Positions 52,787-59,028 of a DNA stretch of 59,028 nucleotides are shown in pieces; positions within the stretch are counted from its first letter, which is position 1, and each line of letters begins with the position of its first letter. Source of the DNA: Hasllibacter sp. (GTDB lineage Bacteria; Pseudomonadota; Alphaproteobacteria; Rhodobacterales; Rhodobacteraceae); the NCBI GenBank assembly GCA_028281405.1, contig JANQKA010000734.1, positions 1 to 59,028 on the forward strand, given 5' to 3'. A program made the position numbers and the translations under genes. The notes beneath the pieces are model-generated. The model did no database searches and had not been told where the DNA came from. It worked only from the letters and a program-made list of their open reading frames with translations.

Positions 52787-54163
52787 ATGAGGGTTATCAT
52801 CTGCGGAGCGGGGCAGGTCGGCTGGCAAATCGCCTGGCATCTGTCCGGCGAGAGCAACGACGTCACCATTATCGACAACGACCCCGATTTGGTGCGCCGG
52901 GCGGGCGACACGCTCGACGTGAGGGGCCTGCACGGCTTCGCCTCCTATCCCGATGTGCTGGAAAACGCCGGAGCACCCGACGCGGACATGATCATCGCCG
53001 CGACGCAGTCCGACGAGGTGAACATGGTGGTGTGCCAGGTCGCGCACTCGGTGTTCTCGATCCCCAAGAAGATCGCCCGCCTCCGAGCCGAATCCTACCT
53101 CAGGGCGATCGATTCGAACCTATACCAGCGCGACCACATGCCGATCGATGTCGTGATCTCTCCGGAGCGCGAGGTCGCGGAGGCCGCGCTGAGTCGGTTC
53201 AGGGCGCCGTCGGCCTTCGATATCGAGAGCTTCCTCGACGGGGAGGCGGAACTCCTGGGCATATCCCTCGGCGAGGACTGCCCCGTGGTCAACACCCCCC
53301 TCAAGCAGCTCTCCGAACTCTTCTCGACCCTCAGGGCCGTAGTCGTCGGCGTGCGCCGCGACAAAACCATCTTCGCCCCGAAATCCGCGGATCAGCTTTT
53401 GCCGCACGACGACATCTACCTGATGAGCCATTCCGAGGACGTGGTGCGGGCGCTGGAGATCTTCGGAAAATCCCACAGCAGCACCGAGCGCGCCGTGATC
53501 ATCGGAGGCGGAAGCGTGGGACTGGCCGTGGCCAAGGCGTTGGAAAATTCGCCGGACCGCGCCCGCGTCAAGGTGATCGAACGAAACCGCCAGTGCGCCG
53601 AACTGGCCGCCGACGCGCTCGAGAGGACGATTGTGATCAACGGGGACGGTCTGGACCGCGAGATTCTGGCGGAGGCGGGCATTGAAAAGGCCGACGCGGT
53701 GCTCTGCGTCACGGACGACGACAAGGCGAATCTGCTGGCCGCGGTCAGGGCCAAGGAAGCCGGCTGCTCCGCGGCGATCTGCCTCGTCAACGACCACACG
53801 CTGCTTCCTCTTCTGCGGCCGATGCGGATCGACGCGCACATCAACCCGCGGGCCACCACCGTGTCCTCCATCCTCAAACATGTCCGGCAAGGCAGCGTTC
53901 GGGCGATCTACTCGATCGGCGACGCCGAGGCGGAGGTGATCGAGGCGGAAGTGTTGTCGCCGTCCCCCATCGCCGGCAAGACCATGAGGGAAGCGGGATT
54001 CCCGGATGGAGCCTTGGTCGGGGCGCTTCGAAAGGGGGGCGACCTGATCCGCCCTTCGGGCGGGACTCGGATCGACGAAGGCGACATCATCGTGATATTC
54101 GCGCTGAAGAAGGTCGTGCCGGAGGTCGACAGGCTCCTTCAGGTCAGTCTGGACTACTTTTGA
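52787..54163 (+). CDS. trkA: Trk potassium uptake system NAD-binding protein TrkA
   Basis: 458 aa. MRVIICGAGQVGWQIAWHL plus a second Rossmann site VIIGGGSVGLAVAKAL, and two RCK_C-like segments. Confidence 0.93.
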   Translation: MRVIICGAGQVGWQIAWHLSGESNDVTIIDNDPDLVRRAGDTLDVRGLHGFASYPDVLENAGAPDADMIIAATQSDEVNMVVCQVAHSVFSIPKKIARLRAESYLRAIDSNLYQRDHMPIDVVISPEREVAEAALSRFRAPSAFDIESFLDGEAELLGISLGEDCPVVNTPLKQLSELFSTLRAVVVGVRRDKTIFAPKSADQLLPHDDIYLMSHSEDVVRALEIFGKSHSSTERAVIIGGGSVGLAVAKALENSPDRARVKVIERNRQCAELAADALERTIVINGDGLDREILAEAGIEKADAVLCVTDDDKANLLAAVRAKEAGCSAAICLVNDHTLLPLLRPMRIDAHINPRATTVSSILKHVRQGSVRAIYSIGDAEAEVIEAEVLSPSPIAGKTMREAGFPDGALVGALRKGGDLIRPSGGTRIDEGDIIVIFALKKVVPEVDRLLQVSLDYF

Positions 54164-54180
54164 TGCGGCGTCGGTGAGAC

Positions 54181-55665
54181 ATGTCCGCGTTCGTCATTCT
54201 GATCGGCGGCGCCGGGCTGGCGATGTATTTGCCCGCGGCGCATGGATACGTCTTGTCCGATGTCGCGACCGCGACGACCTTCTTCCTTCACGGCACTCTG
54301 TGCCTGTTCGCCGCGGGCCTGTTGGCGCTCGCGACCATGAGCGGGAAACACGCGCTTGGTCCGCGCGGACAGCTTCTGGTTCTCATCGGAGCATTCGCGG
54401 CGCTTCCGCTTCCGCTGGCGCTTCCGGTCAACGACATCATGGACGACACGGGATTCTTCGACGCGTGGTTCGAAATGGTTTCGGCGTTCACGACGACGGG
54501 GGCCACGGTGTTCGAACAGTCGGATTCGGTGCCCCGACCGGTTCATCTTTGGCGCGGGCTGGTGGCTTGGCTCGGCGGCTTTTTCGTGTGGCTGACGGCC
54601 GTGGCGATTCTCGCACCCATGAACCTCGGGGGCTTCGAAGTCACGTCTTTCCGGGAGGTCGGCGAAGGCTCCGGTCGGATCAGCGAGGTGGCCGACGCCG
54701 GGCGGCGCCTCGCCCGGTTCGCCCGACCGCTCTTCCCCGTCTACCTCTTACTGACGTCGGCGCTGTGGCTTGGTCTGCTCGCCGCGGGCGAGGATCCGTT
54801 CGGAGCGGCGATGCTCGCGATGGCGACCCTGTCCACATCGGGCATCGTGCCGGCGGGCTTCGGGGATAACCCGTCGGTCGCGGTCGAAATGCTGGTGTTC
54901 GTGTTCCTTGTATTCGCGTTGTCGCGCCGCGCGTTCTCGGCGGATGTGCTGCGGCTGCGACGGGCCGAGCTATGGGGGGACGAGGAATTGCGCTTGGGAT
55001 TGCTTCTCGTCGTCGCCGTTCCGGCGGCGCTTTTCCTCCGTCACTTCGTGGGAGCCATCGAGGTGGACGACACCACCGACCCCGCGCCCGCGCTCGCGGC
55101 GCTTTGGGGCGGAATGTTCACGGTCGCCGCGTTCCTGACCACGGCGGGCTTCGAAAGCGGCTTCTGGGACGCGGCGCAGAATTGGTCGGGCCTGCGCACC
55201 CCGGGGATGATCCTCATGGGACTCGCCGTGTTCGGCGGGGGCGTGGCCACGACCGCGGGAGGCGTGAAACTCATGCGGGTTGTCGCGCTCTACAGGCACG
55301 GGCTGAGGGAGATGGAGAAACTGGTTCATCCGAACTCCGTCGGCGGAGCCGGCGCGGACGCGCGCCTAATCCGGCGGCGGGGAGCTGGCATCGCTTGGAT
55401 ATTCTTCATGCTGTTCGCCTTGTCAATCGCGCTGGTGATGGCCGCGCTGGCGCTGTCGGACCTCACCTTCGACGCCGCCCTCGTCCTGTCACTCGCGGCC
55501 CTCACGACCACCGGTCCCATGGCGACGGCCGCCGCCGACCCGGCGATTTCGTACGCCGCGCTTCCCGATGGCGCCAAGGCGGTGCTCATGGCGGCGATGG
55601 TGCTGGGGCGCATGGAGACCCTGGCGCTCATCGCGCTGCTCAACCCCGAATTCTGGCGCTCCTGA
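54181..55665 (+). CDS. trkH: TrkH-family potassium uptake membrane protein
   Basis: 494-aa polytopic protein immediately after trkA. Selectivity-filter-like SAFTTTGATV, LSTSGIVP, TTAGFESG, LTTTGP. Confidence 0.88.
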   Translation: MSAFVILIGGAGLAMYLPAAHGYVLSDVATATTFFLHGTLCLFAAGLLALATMSGKHALGPRGQLLVLIGAFAALPLPLALPVNDIMDDTGFFDAWFEMVSAFTTTGATVFEQSDSVPRPVHLWRGLVAWLGGFFVWLTAVAILAPMNLGGFEVTSFREVGEGSGRISEVADAGRRLARFARPLFPVYLLLTSALWLGLLAAGEDPFGAAMLAMATLSTSGIVPAGFGDNPSVAVEMLVFVFLVFALSRRAFSADVLRLRRAELWGDEELRLGLLLVVAVPAALFLRHFVGAIEVDDTTDPAPALAALWGGMFTVAAFLTTAGFESGFWDAAQNWSGLRTPGMILMGLAVFGGGVATTAGGVKLMRVVALYRHGLREMEKLVHPNSVGGAGADARLIRRRGAGIAWIFFMLFALSIALVMAALALSDLTFDAALVLSLAALTTTGPMATAAADPAISYAALPDGAKAVLMAAMVLGRMETLALIALLNPEFWRS

Positions 55666-56379
55666 ACTTCCCCTCCACGGGTGGACGAAGGCGGAGGAAG
55701 CCGCTGGGCGGAACCCCGCGCGGGCCGGGACCGGCGGCCGGGACGCCCCCGGATGCGCCAAGTTGACCACGGCTCCCGTTTCGCGCGGGATCCGCCATGG
55801 TTTCACGTTGGCGGAATGGACCGAATGTAAGGAACCGGGCGCGGATTCCGGACTCCCGCAAGCGTCGCGCCCGGAAGTCCCCGCCGGTCCGCCCGCGGGT
55901 CGGTTTGGTTGTGACGGTCGCGGTGGAGCGAAGCGTCTTGAAACCGGGAATACCTCATGGTGCCGACGCGTCGGCGCGCTTGGCGCGTGGCCGCGATTGA
56001 GGTGGAGCGCGGCCGGGGGGATGCGGGTGCCCGAGCGCCGGCTTGGGGCGCATTGCTTCGGGCGCGGACGGCTTCCCATGGTGGTGGCTTCCGCGCCCCG
56101 CGCGGTTGCTGCGAGTTTGGTCTCGCGCGGATTCCGGCGCCGGGAACCTCGGAGCGTCAAGCACGCGCTTCCATTCGCCCGCCATGGTTGTTATCATCGC
56201 GGTTTGGTGCCGTGGATCGGATTTCGTCGGCGGGACGAAGGCACGGGCGGCGCGCGCGCAAAACGGTGGCGCGCCGGGAAACATCGCCCCTCCGCGATGG
56301 ACGCGGAGGGGGCGGCGAATGCGCGGCCCCCGCGCTCCGGTGGGCATGGGCGTCCAGCCCCAAAAAGAAGGCTAGTCGA

Positions 56380-56616
56380 ATGGCTTCCGAAAAGCAACCG
56401 AATCTTCAGGACACTTTCCTGAACCACGTTCGAAAGGCGAGGGTCGCCGTCACGGTGTTCCTGATCAACGGCGTCAAACTGCAGGGTGTGATAACTTGGT
56501 TCGACAATTTCTGCGTGCTGCTCCGCCGCGACGGCCAGTCTCAACTCGTCTACAAGCATGCGATTTCGACGATCATGCCGTCGGAGCCGATCAACCTGCG
56601 GGACGAGGTGGATTGA
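56380..56616 (+). CDS. hfq: RNA chaperone Hfq
   Basis: 78 aa. [58 protein letters not shown]. Confidence 0.97.
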   Translation: MASEKQPNLQDTFLNHVRKARVAVTVFLINGVKLQGVITWFDNFCVLLRRDGQSQLVYKHAISTIMPSEPINLRDEVD

Positions 56617-57893
56617 GCGGATTCGAAACGGCCGAGCGACCCACCCGGGCCTGGGTGATCCATCCGGCGCCGACCGGGCCGCGCCGACGACGGGAGGCCG
56701 GGCAGGCGCTGGAGGAGGCCGTCGCGCTCGCGGCCGCGCTGCCGGGGCTGGAGGTCGTGGGCGCGGACGTGGTGCCGCTGCCGCGCGCCCGCCCGGGCAC
56801 CCTGTTCGGAAGCGGCAAGGTCGCCGAACTCGGTGATATTTTCTCCGCCGGCGATGTCGGGCTCGTGCTGCTCGACGGCGCCTTGTCGCCGGTGCAGCAA
56901 CGCAATCTTGAACGGGACTGGAAGCTCAAGATTCTCGATCGGACCGGGCTGATTCTGGAAATATTCTCGGATCGCGCCCGGACCCGGGAAGGCGTTCTTC
57001 AGGTGGAGATGGCCGCGCTCGCCTACCAGCGCACCCGGCTCGTCCGCGCATGGACGCACCTCGAGCGGCAGCGTGGCGGGCTCGGATTCGTGGGCGGGCC
57101 GGGCGAGACGCAGATCGAGGCGGACCGCCGCGCGATCGACGAACAGCTTGGACGCCTGCGCCGACAACTCGAAAAGGTGATCAAAACCCGGACCCTGCAG
57201 CGCGCGGCCCGTGGAAAGGTGCCTTTTCCGGTGGTCGCCCTCGTGGGCTACACGAACGCCGGCAAATCCACCCTCTTCAACAGGCTCACGGGGTCCAAGG
57301 TCGTGGCGAAGGACATGCTGTTCGCCACGCTCGACCCGACGATGCGCGCGGTTGAACTGAGCGGCGGTCGGCGCGTCGTCATGTCGGACACGGTGGGGTT
57401 CATCTCCGACCTTCCGACGGAACTGGTCGCCGCCTTCCGGGCCACCCTGGAGGAGGTCACGGAGGCGGACTTGATCCTGCATGTGAGGGACGCGGCGCAT
57501 CCGGCGATGCGGGAGCAGGCCAAAGACGTCGAGACGATCATGTCGTCGATTGGCGTGGACAAGCGCACGCCGGTCGTCGAGGTCTGGAACAAGGTCGATC
57601 TCCTTTCCCCCGAGGCCCTGAGGGAGGTCGAGATTCGCGGGGAGCGGTGCGGGAACTTCGTCGCAACCTCCGCCCGGACCGGGCGGGGGACGGAGACGCT
57701 TCTGGAATTGGTCGGGAGCCTGCTCGACGCGCCGCGCGAAAGCGCCGAATTGCGTCTGGAACCTTCGGATGGACGAAGGAGGGCGTGGCTTCACGAACAG
57801 GGCGTCGTACGGGAAGAGCGGTTCGTCGACGGGGTGACGGTGCTGGACGTGTCGTGGACCGATGTGCAGAAAGCGCGATTCGGAAGGTTGTGA
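56613..57893 (+). CDS. hflX: GTPase HflX
   Basis: [68 protein letters not shown]. The TTG start at 56613, overlapping the hfq stop, is an inference. Confidence 0.88.
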   Translation: MSGFETAERPTRAWVIHPAPTGPRRRREAGQALEEAVALAAALPGLEVVGADVVPLPRARPGTLFGSGKVAELGDIFSAGDVGLVLLDGALSPVQQRNLERDWKLKILDRTGLILEIFSDRARTREGVLQVEMAALAYQRTRLVRAWTHLERQRGGLGFVGGPGETQIEADRRAIDEQLGRLRRQLEKVIKTRTLQRAARGKVPFPVVALVGYTNAGKSTLFNRLTGSKVVAKDMLFATLDPTMRAVELSGGRRVVMSDTVGFISDLPTELVAAFRATLEEVTEADLILHVRDAAHPAMREQAKDVETIMSSIGVDKRTPVVEVWNKVDLLSPEALREVEIRGERCGNFVATSARTGRGTETLLELVGSLLDAPRESAELRLEPSDGRRRAWLHEQGVVREERFVDGVTVLDVSWTDVQKARFGRL

Positions 57894-58355
57894 CGACCCG
57901 GGCCGATGGAATCTTCCGATGTCGGGCCGCGGCGGATGATGCCCGGGTCCACGTTCGCGGTCGCGGACGGGACGGTCCCCGCCGCGGGCGGGAGGAGTCG
58001 TGGCGCGGTCCGGGGAATGTCCGGTGTCCCGGGAGCGCGTGACATCGATTTGGTGATTCGCGGGGGCATCGGCGAACCGGAGTTGGCCGGGGGAAGGGCG
58101 CGCCGTCGCCGGCCGTCTGATCGAAGGCCCTGTTGGCGGGGTGAAATTGCCCGGAAATGGGAATACTCTCCTCCCGCGCGGATCAAGGAGGTGGCGTCGG
58201 GCGGCTGTATCCACGAATCGGGGGGCGTTCCCCGCGGCGGGATGGCGGGAAAGTCCGGAGCGGCGGATGGCGCCGGGGCCCGGAGGCGGGCGGATCCTTG
58301 GAATTTTCCGGGTTTCCTCATTCCCCACGCGTGGCCCGGATTGGTTTCCAATGCT

Positions 58356-59021
58356 TTATTTCCGCAGGCATTCAAACAGGAATTGCTCCGCGACACCGTC
58401 GGGATCGTCGAGAAGGCCGTATCTTCCTTCGATTGAATTTACGACTATCGCGTAAAGCGATTCCCTGTGTCGGCTTTCGGCGTTCCATCCCCACGTGGAC
58501 CACCCCGCGGCTTCTCCATGGAGGGGATGTTCCTCGACCGCGTCGAGCATGGCCGCCGGTCCACGGGACGACAGCGCCGCGATGTCGCGCGCGAATTCTT
58601 GACGACGCAGACACTCGGAGCGCTGCTCGGAGAACGTGTCGACTTCCGGAATGATCAAAAACGGCGCCCACATTTCCCGATCGGCGCAAATGACAAACGT
58701 GTCCTCCGCGACTTTTTCGGGCGTGGCCGGGGGAGGGACCCCGTCCCGTTTCCACCCACGCCATTGGCGTGGTGAATCATCGATCATGCCGAAATATATT
58801 TCCTTCTTGAATTCCTCCGGATGGTGCGACTGGATGAATTCATGGGAATCGATGTCCCGGAAAAGATCGGAAACGATGACCTCCACCGTTTCGCCGGCGA
58901 TCGCGCGCTCGCGGGCGGCCCCCGCCATCGCGGACTGGATCCGGCAGATTTCCAGCCGCGTGTCCCAGTCCCCAATCCTGTTTTCGGGTTGGAGCGACAC
59001 GCCCCAGATGAGATGGAGCAT
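58356..59021 (-). CDS. hypothetical protein (221 aa) in a lower-G+C patch at the window edge
   Basis: Protein-like composition (acidic and aromatic-rich, e.g. EEFKKEIYFGMIDDSPRQWRGW). No family recognised. The ATG lies 7 nt from the window end, so the true start may be outside. Confidence 0.5.
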   Translation of the reverse strand: MLHLIWGVSLQPENRIGDWDTRLEICRIQSAMAGAARERAIAGETVEVIVSDLFRDIDSHEFIQSHHPEEFKKEIYFGMIDDSPRQWRGWKRDGVPPPATPEKVAEDTFVICADREMWAPFLIIPEVDTFSEQRSECLRRQEFARDIAALSSRGPAAMLDAVEEHPLHGEAAGWSTWGWNAESRHRESLYAIVVNSIEGRYGLLDDPDGVAEQFLFECLRK

Positions 59022-59028
59022 GGCGAAG

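Overview
High-G+C alphaproteobacterial-type chromosomal segment, mostly housekeeping. It carries the distal NADH dehydrogenase operon (nuoE 3' end, nuoF-N) with the small non-nuo ORFs typical of Paracoccus/Rhodobacter-type clusters, then birA-coaX-rnj. On the minus strand are a RhlE-like DEAD-box helicase and a tightly overlapping mreB-mreC-mreD-mrdA-rodA-ghrA block. Then come lepA, phrB, cysK, alaX, tRNA-Ser(GGA), trkA-trkH and hfq-hflX. Three accessory regions stand out. (1) A visibly lower-G+C two-gene module sits on the minus strand between lepA and an EamA transporter gene. It encodes a ~1,973-aa protein (coiled coil, low-complexity linker, restriction-endonuclease-like module, ORC/STAND-like P-loop ATPase). 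An overlapping 345-aa protein ends in an RNALAH (Rx4H) HEPN-type motif. I cannot place this pair in any named defence system from memory, and it is my best candidate for an undescribed conflict system. The upstream EamA ORF has no in-frame stop and reads straight into the giant gene. (2) A ~2,200-aa RTX (GGxGxD) protein with an N-terminal lipobox has about 12 copies of a 55-70-aa module alternating with RTX runs and a compositionally foreign C-terminus. It lies downstream of the tRNA-Ser gene desert. (3) A ~2-kb insertion splits nuoE from nuoF and carries a HicB-like small ORF pair. The window also has unusually long G+C-rich non-coding spacers rich in short tandem duplications, including a decayed duplicate of the rnj 5' end. 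All calls come from reading the translations and sequence by eye; no searches were run.
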